DNA of 64,000 bases from the NCBI GenBank assembly GCA_002269645.1, contig NIVC01000598.1, positions 594,286 to 658,285 on the forward strand, in the 5' to 3' direction. The notes under the pieces are model-generated. The model saw nothing but the letters and a program-made list of their open reading frames with translations. It searched no databases and was not told the DNA's origin. The first letter of the stretch is position 1, and every line of letters begins with the position of its first letter. Of the stretch, positions 42,966 through 56,930 are shown one piece after another. The position numbers and the translations under genes were made by a program. Origin of the DNA: Macrostomum lignano. Taxonomy: Eukaryota.

Positions 42966-43455
42966 GAGGCTTTGGGCTCCTCAAGGCGACAGCTAAGAGG
43001 CAAGCAGCCAGATAAAATTGCCGCTTGTTTTGAATCAAACTTCAAATCAATTTAATAGTACAGCTCAACTTCACGGACTTTTCCAGATAGATAGGAGTTT
43101 TTCTGCCGCTAATTTCAATACAGAATCCTCAAGAGCCGCTTCTGTTGACTGCAACAATTCAATTCTCTGGGTGATCGCATTGACAGCCCTTCGCATCCTG
43201 TCAGTATGGGGACTTTTAAAGTAATATGCAAAACCTTTGTGCTTTGACATGTTTCTATTTCTGAGCCCACGGCATCTTTGCGATGATATTTTATTTGACT
43301 CAATCCCTTCGAGAGCTACCAATTTCCTGTGTAAAACAGCGATTGCATCCGCCAGAAAGCTAGGTTAGATTGTATCTCTCGGCTAGGATTGCCTCTCAAC
43401 TACACGTCACTGTTCTCATCTCATCCTATCTCGCCTCTTGACGAACGTGAATGTT

Positions 43456-43662
43456 GGTGTGAGTGAGTGCTGATGTGAGTGAGTGCTGATGTGAGTGAAT
43501 GCTGATGTGAGTGAGTGCTGATGTGAGTGAATGCTGGTGTGAGTGAGTGCTGGTGTGAGTGAGTGCTGGTGTGAGTGAGTGCTGGTGTGAGTGAGTGCTG
43601 ATGTGAGTGAATGCTGGTGTGAGTGAGTGCTGGTGTGAGTGAGTGCTGGTGTGAGTGAGTGC
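43456..43662. repeat. 16-bp minisatellite (GTGTGAGTGAGTGCTG)n, left of the Bel/Pao element
   Basis: Read directly; the same repeat resumes at 48227-48400. Confidence 0.93.
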
Positions 43663-43946
43663 TGTTTGGGAGGTAGATTAGTAGCATTGATTTTCTTTCC
43701 AATTCCACTGCGTGATTTAATGTACGTGTTTATTATTCAATTTTCTATGTACGCTGATTTAGCCCAGGCCCATCTCACCCACCCCCCTCCACGCTGGCTG
43801 ATTCTGACTGACTGCAATAAATATATCATCGAGAGGGCTTATTAGCCCTGTGTACGGTTTACGCTTTTCGTTTTGTTAGCGTCTCGCTTGAGCCTCAGCT
43901 CCAAAACAGTTTGGCGGACCATCGGTCTTTTCATTTCTACAGTACA
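43663..43946 (+). mobile_element. Probable 5' LTR of the Bel/Pao element
   Basis: Begins TGT right at the satellite edge, ends ACA 3 nt before the PBS, and contains AATAAA (~43817). No second copy was found to confirm it. Confidence 0.6.
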
Positions 43947-43949
43947 TTT

Positions 43950-43967
43950 TGGTAGCAGAGCGTGGTT
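43950..43967 (+). promoter_or_regulatory. Primer-binding site TGGTAGCAGAGCGTGGTT
   Basis: Starts TGG and resembles the complement of the 3' end of animal initiator tRNA-Met (...CTCTGCTACCA). It lies just upstream of the gag-pol ORF. Confidence 0.7.
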
Positions 43968-44032
43968 GGACAAGCCTAAATTACCACTGACGTGGCAAGC
44001 AATAGAATCCTACTGTGAAACGAAGGACCAAG

Positions 44033-47000
44033 ATGGACAGTGACGACGCCAATGAACAACAGCAGGAAGCCCAAGACGATGCCGGCGCGCTGCGTTTAGA
44101 GAAGCTGCGCTTCGAGAAATCCCGAAAAAAAGCAGCGTTCACTCGTTGCAAAAACAAGCTTTCTTGGCTGCTAAAGACGCGCGCCTCTGATGACGAAGTG
44201 CAAGCTGCCTGCGACGCTCTATCCGACCTGCAGGACCTGGTCAGCGCCATCCAAAAAGAACTGCATCAAGGCTACGCCGACGCCAAGGACAACGAGAGGC
44301 GACAGCGCCTACTAGAAGAGATGGAGGAGACTGAGCGCGACTACCAAGCTGCCATTCAGCGCGTCGAAAGTTCCAGAAACCGGGGATTGCAGCGCGCCCA
44401 AGAAGCCCCTCCTGCCGCGAGTTCAAGCGGTGAGAACGCTGCGGGTGACCAAGAAGAAGCAGCTGGTGAGTTAGACAAACTTTCTGGCAGTGCTGCGTCC
44501 AGCAAAGGATCCAACCCGAAGGAGCTTTCAAAGGATTTGTGGAAGATGCTGAAGCGTGTTGAAATCCCAACGTTTAGTGGAGAAAAGCAGAAGTATGAAA
44601 ACTGGAAGGCAGCCTTTGTTGCGTGCATCGACAGCGCCCCTGCAACACCAGAATTCAAGTTGCTGCAGCTTAGGCAGTACCTCAGCGGTGAAGCTTTGAA
44701 GGTTATAGAACATCTAGGACACTCTGCTGCGGCATATGAAGCTGCAAAAGAGAGATTAGAGAGAGAATTTGGTGGACAGCGTAGGCAACTTGCTCTGCAC
44801 TTGGAAGAGCTGGACAGCTTCCCGATCGTGCGAAATGGAAACGCCAAGGATCTGAAAAGCTTTGCTAATCTACTGGATGTGGCTGTCGTTAACCTTGAGG
44901 ATGCGGGTAAAGAGGCAGAGCTTCAAGATGGGATGTTGTATGTGAGGCTGCAGAAAAAGTTGCCTGAGCAGATGGTTGCCAGCTACCGGAGGTGGATCTT
45001 TGAGCAGCGGAAGCCGGAGAGTGTTAGAAATCTGAGAATTTGGGTGCTGCAAGAAGCAGAGTTTCAGACTGAAGCGTCAGAGATTGTGCAGGGCGTTGCC
45101 ACCATGCAGCAGGAGCGTCAAAAGCGAGAGCAGCGACCAAAGACTTTCGTTACTACGGACAGTGACAAGAAGGTACAGCGAAAGATTTGCATTGTTTGTC
45201 AAGGTGATCACGAGCTGTGGTCCTGCAGTGAGTTCAAGGAGCTTCCGGTGGAAAAACGCTGGGACGCGGCGCAGAGCTCGAAGTGTTGTTTCCGGTGCTT
45301 GGGCCAAGGACATCTTGGCAGCCAATGTCGGCGTGGTCGTCGGTGCGGCATCAGCAGCTGCACAAAGTTCCATCATCGCCTGCTTCATGCAGAAAAAGTG
45401 TTGGCCAAGTCTGGTGAAGCGAAGCAGACTGCATCCAAGGACGCTAAATCCGCTTCCAGTTCAGGAAAGACTGGACCGGTGACGCTTCTGTCGGCTGGTG
45501 AAACGGCAATCTCGCTACGAACGGTACCTGTAGTCCTACGGAACGGGTCCCGGAAGCTGAAGGTGAATGCCTTGCTCGACGATGCCAGTACCAGGAGCTA
45601 CGTCAACATCGGGATAGCAGAAGCGCTTGGAGTGCATGGAGCGCTCGAAAAGGTGAAAGTCGGAGTCATCAATGGCCAAACAGAGACCTTCATGACAGCC
45701 CCAGTCTGCTTTAGCTTGGAAAGTCTGGATGGTCAGACCAGCTCAATGATCGTCGCCTTCACCGCTGATCACGTGACTGGGTCCCTCAAAGGCGTCGACT
45801 GGCACGAAGAAGCGCAGCAGTGGCCTCATCTGAGAAATGTGCCGTTTCCGAAGCTGTGTGAGCCTGCAGTAGTGGACTTGCTGATTGGTGCTGATCACCC
45901 GGATCTTCACGTGTCTCTCAAAGAAATCGTCGGACAGCCGCTGGAGCCAAAGGCGCGCCTGACTCCCCTGGGTTGGACGTGCATCGGTCGCACAGAGCAG
46001 GACAATTCTGAGATGCAGAACGCCCATTTTGCTGCCACTTTCTTCAGCTGCGATTCCGAATCTGGTCAGGTGGCTAAGATCCTGCGGCAGTTTTGGGAGA
46101 TCGAGAACGTCTCAGAAGGTGCCAATCGAAGTCCGCTGACCGCCGATGAGGAGAGAGCCGTCCAGCAAGCCAAGTCGTCGCTAAAGTACACGAAGGGCCG
46201 TTACCAGATCGGGATTCCATGGAAAAAGGATCGGCTGGCTCCAGCAGGCACTTTCTCAATGGCCTTGAAGCGACTAAAGAACACCGAACAGCGGCTGATT
46301 AAGGATATGAACGTCTGCAAGCAGTATCAGGAGATCCTTGAAAAGTATGAACAGCAAGGTTATATCCGAAAAGTGTCGCAAGCTGAGACTGAAGGCCGCT
46401 GTTTCCTGCCGCACTTCCCAGTGCTGCGGCCAGACAAGGCTACGACAAAAGTGCGAATAGTCTTTGATGCATCGGCTGCCAGATTGAACGACCAGATCCG
46501 CCAGGGCCCCAAACTGCAGAGGGATTTGGTTGACGTGCTGCTTCGGTTCCGCCGACACCCGATTGCGATCGCATGCGACGTAGCGGAAATGTATCTCCAG
46601 ATCGAGATGGACCCGAAGGACAGGCCGCTGCACAGTTTCCTTTGGCGGGACGCCGATCCTTCAAAGCAGCCGGATGTCTACGAGTTCAACAGAGTGGTGT
46701 TCGGCGTCACCAGCTCTCCGTTCTTGGCACAGTTCGTTACCCGCTGCCATGCTGAAAAGTCAAAAGGTGAGCTTCCAGAGGCGGCCGAGACAGTACTGCA
46801 CTCTACCTATATGGATGACAGCCTGGACTCTGCGCCCACCGAGGCAGCCGCCTGCAGGCTGTACGATCAACTCAGTGAGCTCTGGAGGCGCGCCGGCATG
46901 CACGCGCGCAAGTGGGTCTCGAACTCGAGAGCTGTGCTCGATAGAATCCCACCTGAAGACCGTGCAGCAGAAGTTACCTTGGACAGCAAAGAACTACCAA

Positions 47001-47698
47001 GCACCAAGACACTGGGTGTCACGTGGCAGAGTGAGCAGGACGAATTTACCTTTAAAGATGAAAACGAGTCGTGTCAGGTGACCACAAAAAGAGGTCTGCT
47101 GAAGAAGCTAGCGAGCGTCTTCGATCCACTTGGACTGATCTCCCCGTTTGTCGTGCAGGCGAAAATTCTGATGCAGGAGCTTTGGCAGTCAATCTGGTCA
47201 ATTCTGAGGGAGACGGACGTCACCGATGAGGAGCTGCTAAGCGCGTTTGCTGGAGCAGAGGCACTTCTGAATTCAAGGCCGCTGACGTACCAGACGGCGC
47301 ATCCGAGTGATGATGTGCCGCTGACGCCGAATCACTTCCTTATCGGGCAAGTCGGCGGGAAGTTTGCACCGGAGGTCGACGCTGCCATCGCCCGCAGTCC
47401 TTCAAGAAGATGGCGTCACGTCCAGCAGCTGGTGTCGCAGATCTGGCGCCGGTGGTTGCGCGAGTGGCTGCCGGGACTCGCACCGCGGAGCAAGTGGCGC
47501 CTCGAGCTGCCTGACCTACAACCTGGAGACGTGGCGCTGCTGGTGAGCCCGGACTCGCCTCGGGGTCACTGGCCGCTGGCTCGCGTGCTGGAGGTCATGC
47601 GCGGTTCGGACGGTCACGTGAGAGTCGCCTCAATCAGAGTCGGTGATCGCACAATGACGAGACCAATAACAAAGTTGTGTCCAATATCTGCAGGTTAG
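44033..47698 (+). mobile_element. Bel/Pao LTR retrotransposon gag-pol ORF (1221 aa from first ATG) with in-frame loss of most of RNase H and the integrase core
   Basis: Gag (EIPTFSG...KLLQLRQYLSGEA), Zn knuckles CIVCQGDHELWSC and CFRCLGQGHLGSQC, protease LLDDAS, RT (FDASA, RVVFG, YMDD) and the RNase H start FDPLG...MQELW. These are followed directly by the integrase C-terminal region (LNSRPL, LTPNHFL, W..EWL, WPLARV). Confidence 0.93.
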
Positions 47699-48226
47699 TT
47701 TGCGAACCTTTGCTAAAGAATTAGACTTTGTCAGGTTTCGCAATTTTTCTGATGAGTTGTTCAATTTTCCTGTTTGTTGCATTGTTCGTAAAGTCTTCTT
47801 TCCCTTTCATGCTAATAGGAATCACCCTGTTTTTGCCGTCTTAACCCAATTTTCGCTTTCAGTGTTCAACGCGATTAACATTCATTATTTAGCTATTTAT
47901 TTTCTTGCGTGAATTTTTGCTGAATAGCAGTCGTTACGGTTTAGTGAATTTGTCGGCAAGTTTGTCTTTTGCGTTTTTTGAGTTTTTTACGAGCGATGTT
48001 TGCATTATTTGAGCTCTACTTAATATTGCTTGATTTTCTGCGCTTAGAAGTACCATAGTTTATGCGCCAGTTCCGACCTTTTGATAGCCCAATGCTTACA
48101 ATTTTTGTTTCAGTTTTTGTTTCAGTTGCGTTTGGTGGCGGAAGTCTGCGTTCGTGTTCAATTTTGAAATTTTATATGATAGCTGACGTACTTCTGCAAA
48201 ATTTTCGATTGTCATCTGTCATCTAA

Positions 48227-48400
48227 GTGTGAGTGAGTGCTGGTGTGAGTGAGTGCTGGTGTGAGTGAGTGCTGGTGTGAGTGAGTGCTGGTGTGAGTGA
48301 GTGCTGGTGTGAGTGAATGCTGGTGTGAATGTTAGTATGAGTGAGTGCTGGTGTTAGTGAGTGAGTGCTGGTTTTAGTGAGTGAGTTGCTGGTGTGAGTG
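48227..48400. repeat. 16-bp minisatellite, right of the Bel/Pao element
   Basis: Same unit and orientation as 43456-43662. Confidence 0.9.
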
Positions 48401-48631
48401 TGGGCATTCAATTAAATCAAGACATTCGGGTGACCAACTCCAGTCATCGCATTTTCTTACCAAGGGGTCAGCGAGTCGGGCCCAGGGCTCAGAGGTTTGA
48501 CAGAGCGAGATGAGCGGTTGGCGAGGGAGCGAGTGATTCGTGCGCTCGTAGTAAGCCACAAAGAGGCAAAATTAGCTAGACTCTGGCTAGACTATTCTAA
48601 GAATTATAGTTTTGCCACTTGCATTTTCCCT

Positions 48632-48632
48632 C

Positions 48633-48692
<60 letters not shown>
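48632..48692. repeat. (CT)n microsatellite
   Basis: Read directly from the sequence. Confidence 0.97.
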
Positions 48693-48696
<4 letters not shown>

Positions 48697-48940
48697 TTTC
48701 TCCCACCCCTGTCTACCCTGTCTGCCTTCCCATAATTCGGGCTGAATAAGAGGTGGTCGCAAGTGAGGCTCCGAGGTTGTGGGAGCATTTATCCATATCT
48801 CTTCGCCGTTCATTTGGAAGTCTGTCTAGGCTGCGCAAGTTATTAATATTTTTGTTTTATCGGCGTCGCAAATAAGAGTAGTTGGAATTTGAAGGTGAGT
48901 CACACAAACTTGCTTTTTTAAATTTTGTCAGGAAATAAAA

Positions 48941-49807
<867 letters not shown>

Positions 49808-52800
49808 AAATGTGGCAGTAGTACACAGAGTGGAAGTGAAAAGCACTTCAGCTTCCTCAGTTGAGCAATCGCTCGAGCCGGCCGTCGCTGCTCAAGAGTG
49901 CCGCAGTGGCGATGAGGAAGGGCAGCAGGGCGATTACAGCGCCAGGCGCCGGTGCTCACTGAAGCGAGTCAAAATTTCTCCCTTTCGATCTTGTCATTTT
50001 CTTGCGCTTATTTCCCCACTGTCCCGGGAGCAATTGAAACGTACGGTTGCGGACGCTACACGATGAGGATACGAGGAAGCCGTGAGCTGCACAGGGAGTC
50101 CGAATGACACACAGCCGAGCGCGCAGGGAAGTGGATCCGTCGGCCTGGGTAGGGATTCTAAAAGACGCAAGAGGGCGGGGCTCCAGCGTCCCTTCGCCCT
50201 CGGCATTTGGAGGTGACTAAAAGAGTCCAAGAGAGATGCAGCTCAGAAGCCATTGAGGCTTCCCGCGGCGTCTCAGAGGAGAGAGAGACAGCAGCTTTCG
50301 GATTTTTTTCTGCAGCTTGGCTCGGTTTCTTAATTCCTCTTTGTGCCAGAAGAGTTGGAACGGATTAGACAGAGTCAGATGGAATTAATGTCCTAATTTT
50401 GGCGAGTACGGCCGGCGTTACACCTTTCAGACCTGCACGGGTACCTGGGCCGTACGTTGGCAGCGATGAAAGGCGATACGTGGGTCAATTAATTCCCTTC
50501 TATAGCTTTCCTTCAGTCCCTCGCTGGCTCCTTCTCTGCCCCTATCTTGGCAGCCTTCGGTTCCAGCTTCCCATTCTTGTTTGATGAAGCCAATTGGTGG
50601 CCCAGCTGGAAACGAACTTAGAAGTCAAGTCGTGTGACGGACGCGCGAGCTTCAAATGATTGGGAAGCAAAACTGGCAGCTGGATATGACGGAGAGTGGA
50701 AGCTTGCCAGAATGAATTCTTCATAAAAGTAATTCGTAAAAGTATCAGAATAAAGTGCTGCTCATTGTTTGATAAGTACATTGACAAAATTGTCGGTTTT
50801 TGCGCGCCCAGTGCACTCCTGTCACGCGCTTTTTCAACCCCATCCCCTCACACTACATAATGCTCGTAAAATCAGCACAGTTGATACTTCGTAGTACACA
50901 ATTGAACCTGTTTAAAGCTTGAAGCCGGCTAGCGGAGAAGAGGAACTTGGGCCCAATAAAGAATTTCCAATCAGATTGATCCTTTCAGGCTTCTGGTTGG
51001 AAGATGGGCGGGCGGACCCGACAGACTCCCCCCTAGAGGGCAGTTATTCAGCTCCCAGCACTTGCATATGCCAGTTACTGGGGGCAGCTGTCCAATCTCT
51101 GACCCGGATATCCAGTGATTAGATATCAGGTCGAAGGTTGGAGTGTCAGCAAAGAGAAGGACCAGCCCAGAGTGTTCAGAGCAGCATTGGAGAGTCCAGT
51201 AAGGCCTGCTGCTAGAAATGCTAGTTAAATACTCTATTGACCCGGCCCCAAGACTTCGCCCAGTCTAATCTCCATCTCTTCTCGCGCGCTACTCCTCCCC
51301 ATCGTTGAAGATGGATCCCAGAGGGGATTCCATCGATCCGGCTCAATCGACGGTAGCAAAGAGAACTCGCGGGAAGCGATGAGGCTTGTTTTGGGAGATA
51401 AACGTCGGTCGAGAACCCGCTCGGGACCAAGCGATTCTTATCAATTGCTTAATTAACGGTTTTGATGTCTATTTGATCTTCAATACAGTCAACTCATTAT
51501 TTAACTATGAAATAAAACTATTTTTGTGGATGAAGCTGCAGCTTAGGTAATATACAATCCAGTGCAAGCCTGCAGAACCATCCGATTGTAAAACCGCTAG
51601 GTAGCCCTTTAAATTGAAATAACTCCTGAAGTGTGGCACTGGGGGGGGGGGCAGTGGACGGAAACTAAAACTCCTGCCCCAAAGTCAACGCAGCCGTTTT
51701 AGGCTAAATGCATCGCCTGCCCCTGGGGATCAACGCCTAGAAAAAAAACTTTGATAACGATTCTAGCAAAAAACTTCCAGCCTCTCAGTCGCCGTCCTGC
51801 AACCCCCAAAGTAGGAATGATGAGCCCTCGTTAATTATTCAATATCAGCTCTCTGCTGCTGTCACGCTCTCTTGCAGGACCCTGAAACTGATGGCTGAAT
51901 GGCGACAAAGTGGTTTAGTTGTGGCTGATAAAAATAATTCCAACCGTTACCCGTTTTAGTGAGCAACTGCATTTTATTTAACCGATCAGGCGTTTATTGT
52001 CGAATAAGGACTTTGTGGACAAACAAGTATGGCTGATCTAGTCAAAAACAGTTTATTATTTCAACATTGCAAAAGGTCTTTTGCTTCTGCAATCATTTCT
52101 GTTAATTTCAGGAAAGATCCTGTGCTGATCAATTCCGTTTAAGCTTCTCTCAAAGTGAATTAACCAACGAAGTGGAAAGCTTTCTTTCAACCGATAGCGC
52201 ATGGGAAAACACGGTTTTGTAAGATTTTAAACTCCCCTTTTTAAGCCTACGAGCGTACTTACAATTTCTTCCCGTTGCTGAGCTTCTCAAAAGCACAAGC
52301 AGCCTATCAGTGTCCGATATGAAAGTTGGCAAGCAGTCAAGTTTGGAACACTCGTAAGGCATCAACTATCAACCTCGATGACTTGCACACATCGTAATAT
52401 CCGATGGCCTAAAGTACAAGCTACGTAGCCCTACGTTCTTTAAGTTTAGTCGTTATAAAAGTCGACCAAAATTTGTGTTAGCGACTGACTCTGAATGCGG
52501 TCAAATTAATTGTTGAAGCTTAATAATGCCAGTCTGTAAACGACAACACTAAGGCACAGATTGTGTACACTGTCTGACGTTGAGAAAGTCAGTGCCGCTG
52601 TACACCCTTGTGAGCGCGTGCCCTTGTTCGCTCTGGGGTCAGTGGAATGGGCGTATTAAATCGACTGTCATTTTGACTTGCTCCAACACCCAAAGCCCTG
52701 CGGCTGAATATTAGCAAATAATTATTTTACTACAATCTATTAGCCGTGTATTGGAAGCTACTAAAATGACTATTTTAATATCTTTATCTTAAGAATCCTC

Positions 52801-52844
52801 ACCAAAACTGCAGAAACTTCGAGCATGTGACTGGCGCCTTCCCA

Positions 52845-55800
52845 ATGGACACCGCCTTCGTTACCGGCCTGTCCAAGTTCAAGCTCGACTCGGCACGGCT
52901 GCGCAAAGATGACGACTTTGCTGACCGAATTTCGCACACCTTCACTACGGCAATAATTGTGGTGTTCTCACTCGTCATTTCATGCAGGCAGTACATCGGC
53001 AAGCCCATCGCCTGCTGGGTGCCGACCGAGTTCACCAGGGCACAGGAGGAGTACACGGAGAACGTCTGCTGGATCACCAGCACCTACTTTATAAACCCCG
53101 GGAATGTTAATTACCCCAAAGACAGCATTGAGCGCTACCAACAGACCATTGGCTACTACCAGTGGGTGCCGCTGGTGCTGCTGATTCAAGCTTTCCTGTT
53201 CAACCTGCCATGCCTGATCTGGCGACTGTTTAATTGGCAGTCTGGAATCCAGGTAGGCTTAGCGGCTGTAGTAATCCTTCATATTCAAATCCTTCGTGTC
53301 GAGTTTTGAACCATCTCCGTGCCTGGGATGGTATGCACTGTTTTCCTACCATAGATATTCTTTTAGCAAGGAGCGATCTTCCTATTCCTAACTGAATGTG
53401 CAACAGATACACAGAACAGGCAGAAGGCTGGGGGGGGGCAGATTTTGTGAGTTCAACTGCACCTTTTTACGGTTTTAATGTCCGTTTGGAACTTCAGTTG
53501 AACTGCTAGTTTCACTCTAAAAAAACTACTGCAAACACCAGTTAGATTGACAATTTAGAATTCAGAAGGTCACGAAAATGGATAGCAGACTCTTTAGACC
53601 GCTGTTCTTCCAGGCAACGACTTCGGAATCGCTTCTTGTTAAAGTTCTCTCAGCTCATTGAGAGCATCTTTGGCGTAGGTTGGGGATTTCTACCGCCTAG
53701 ACCTACCACCTAAAGGTAGCTACCGATTGCTGATTCAGAATTTAAACATTTAAGCTTCTCGCTTGACATTCAGCAATCAGCATTCTCAAGAAGAGAACAT
53801 CCCAGTGTGGTAATTGAACTCGTTGGTTTACGACTCAACTATCTACCCATCAACTCATCAGAAACAGACTTCTACCATAGATATTATGCTCAACTCCAAC
53901 ACCCAGTATGTCTCTAACATAGAGCATTTCGCTATTGTTGCCAGGAATTTTCTTGCAATTTTGTTGCATTTCTTGCACGAATATAAGGTTGTACACTTTT
54001 TCCGTTCAATTTCAACAAAACTCGCATTCTATTTCGGCAAGCTGAAATTCAATTTCATCATTCTATATTTAGCTACTTCAACCGTCATTCCAATTCGTCA
54101 TTGACCCATTCAATTTCAGCAATCGGATATTCTATTTCATATCAAATTAAGAGCGTTCATTCTGTCTATGGATAAAACTTGCTCCTGCAAGTTACTGCAT
54201 TCAATTTCAACACAATATTTTTAGCGCGCTGTTTTTTAGTTTACTTTAACAATCTTCAGTAGCCCCCTCCCAAGCTAACAACAAATACTGTAACTGTCTG
54301 AGGCTCTCTATAGCATCCCTCTTTAAACCGAGTGCTCTCCTTCAAGTTCGCTTCCAGAAGACATAATTTTGTTTCATGTACGGGAGCATACACTGAATTC
54401 ATTTTGAAAAGATATTACTGTACAAATCAAGAAGAATGAGCGACGAGGAGATGTTCGAAGAATCAGGAGATGAAGAAGAAATCGGTGACGAAGATGATGA
54501 GGTTGAACCCTAAGGTCCATTACGGACGAGAGACAGAAACCGCCTTCTTGACGCACATGAGAACGGACAGGATTGTGTCCATCTGACGCAACCCATAAAG
54601 CCGCTTCTGCCTCTGCTCTCGTACCTTCATGTTGAAATTGAATGGGAAATCTGCATGCAGAAGACAGTTTTGTCCATAGACAAATTAGCACCCTTACTAT
54701 GGTAGGAAATAGAATATCCAATCGCCAAAATTGAATGCCGCTTGACGAATTGGAATGACGGTTGAAGTAGCTAAATATAGAATGATGAAATTGAATGTCA
54801 GCTTGCCGAAATAGAATGCGAGTTTTGTTGAAATTGAACGGAAAAAGTGTATTGCTGATAATTATAGTCCATATGCAAGCTATATAAGATAACAACACAT
54901 CAATTTATCCGTCAGTCTAATAACTGAATAGCAAGACGTGGAGGCTACATGGGTTAAAGAGAAGGCAGTTCTCCGAGGCCCGGGATAGAGTCATAATCGC
55001 GCTTTCTATCCGCTTTTAGAAGAAAAGAAGAATAATAAGAATGAGCGCAAGAGAAGCCGACTGTCACGCAAGGCAAAGTGAAAATGTAGAAATAGATGCA
55101 ACCGACTATGAACAAAAGGGCTGCTTGTCTTTTAAAACAACTCAGCCCGCTGCATTGCATGCAAAAAGGTGAGCTGAGCCGGCGATTGATGGTAAGCCGG
55201 CACCTTAATCCTCCCCGCATCCGCGTGCCCGTTGAAAAGCCGAATGAGCACAAAGAGCTCAACCGGGTAGAAACTGATGCGTGTCAACCAGGAATTACCG
55301 CAAACACTATAGAAGGCGTTGCATCCTCACCCTGTGAACTTACTGAGTATGGGCAAGCGAGAAATGAACTAAATTGGACAGTCCAGGTCAATGAATGTAA
55401 AACCTATGTGAAAGTATGTTAGCTTGATTAGTAATTTGAATACTGTTACAGGTAGAAGGCGAGATAAGTGACGTCAGGGACAAATGCGTTCAAGGATGGC
55501 CGAGATATGAGCGAGCTCTGGACAACAACAGACTCATTCTTATCCTTAGAACATGCTAGTGTTGCTACCTAGTAGCGACTTCCTAATGAGCGGGGAGTTT
55601 CATTCTTGTAAATTTATAATTTGGGAAAATTGAAGCTTTCCTTTGTTGAAGACCTCTTCTGCTCACCCATCAATTTGACAGAATTTCGGGAACCTCAGCT
55701 GTTCTTGATCAGAAATTTCAGTTGATCTTTTGTTGTTTCTTCAGATAATGACTGTATTTTGCAAGCTTCAAGCCTACAAGACTGATGGGTGAAAACAAAA

Positions 55801-56930
55801 ATGGCTATCTTATGGCTGGTTTAGGATTCATCCACGTATGAGTGCCTGAAAACTCTCTGATTAATGACGGGTCACACCTACTTCTCATCCCATGGTAACA
55901 CGGTGCTGCAGAAAATTTTGCTACATAAAATTTTATTAAAATCACCTTTCTTCGCTTTAAAAACCAATTGCAGTTGTCAAACATAATGGAGGTGGCCTGT
56001 GACGTGGAGATGATCAAGGATCCTCTGAGCCGGCAGACCAGTGTGCGCTATGTTGCCAAGCACATCGAGGATTCGCTCGGCTCGCATCGCGAGTACCGCT
56101 CAGGCTGTGCAACCAAACTCAGGCAGTGCGTAGCCAAAAATTGCTGCTTTTTCTGGTTCGGCAAGCGCTACGGAAACTTTCTAGTTTGCCTCTATCTAAT
56201 CTGCAAGGCCTGCTACATCTGCAATGTCATCGGACAGTTTTTCCTTATGAACAAGTACCTGGGCACCAACTACACTTTCTACGGACTGGAGCTGCTGCGA
56301 GATCTCGCGGAGGGCCGACAGTGGGAGGAGAGCGGCAATTTTCCCCGCATCACCCTCTGCGATTTCTACGTGCGCCGGGTGGGTGCCAACAATCACAGGC
56401 ACACTGTGCAGTGCGTCCTGCCCATCAACATGTTCAACGAGAAGATCTACATCTTCTTGTGGTTCTGGATGATCCTAGTGTCAGTGGTCAGCATTAGCAG
56501 CTTCATGTTCTGGATTTACAAGTCAGTATTTCGCACTAATCGGTCTCACTTTGTGCGAAAGTTTCTCAAGCTGCGCAACATTCTGGAACCGGGTGACAAG
56601 AAGAAAAGCTTCCAGTTCGTCGACGAGTACCTGCGCCCGGATGGCGTGTTCATACTGCGGCTGATTGCACAGAACTCCGGCGAACTGGTCGCCAGCGAGG
56701 TCACTGAGGCCCTCTGGCTCATGTACAAGGGCCGCTGCATGCTGTCCATCGGCCTACCCAACGATCTCAAGGAGCCGCTGCCGCCGTCCGCTCCGCAAGT
56801 CGGGGATCGGGGACCGGGCTCCGGCCGCGGCGCTGCGGCGGCCTCAGCGGCCAAGCGCCGCCTGCCTAACACGCACCCGCACGCTCAGCCGCTGAACTCG
56901 ATCGATGACGACCCGGGCGAGTTTGTCTGA
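52845..56930 (+). CDS. inx: Innexin, two coding exons (52845-53252, 55974-56930), ~454 aa
   Basis: DDDFADRISH, PIACWVPTEF, YYQWVP, FPRITLCDF, HTVQCVLPINMFNEKIYIFLWFW and YLRPDGVFILRLI. Phase-0 GT-AG intron (CAG|GTAGGC ... TTGCAG|TTG). The symbol is family-level only. Confidence 0.95.
53994..54849. mobile_element. Tc1/mariner-type MITE-like element in the innexin intron (~200-bp TIRs, TA TSD)
   Basis: 53994-54190 is the reverse complement of ~54655-54849. TA at 53992-53993 and 54850-54851. The internal plus-strand peptide RDRNRLLDAHENGQD weakly resembles an IS630/Tc1 N-terminal HTH start. Confidence 0.85.
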
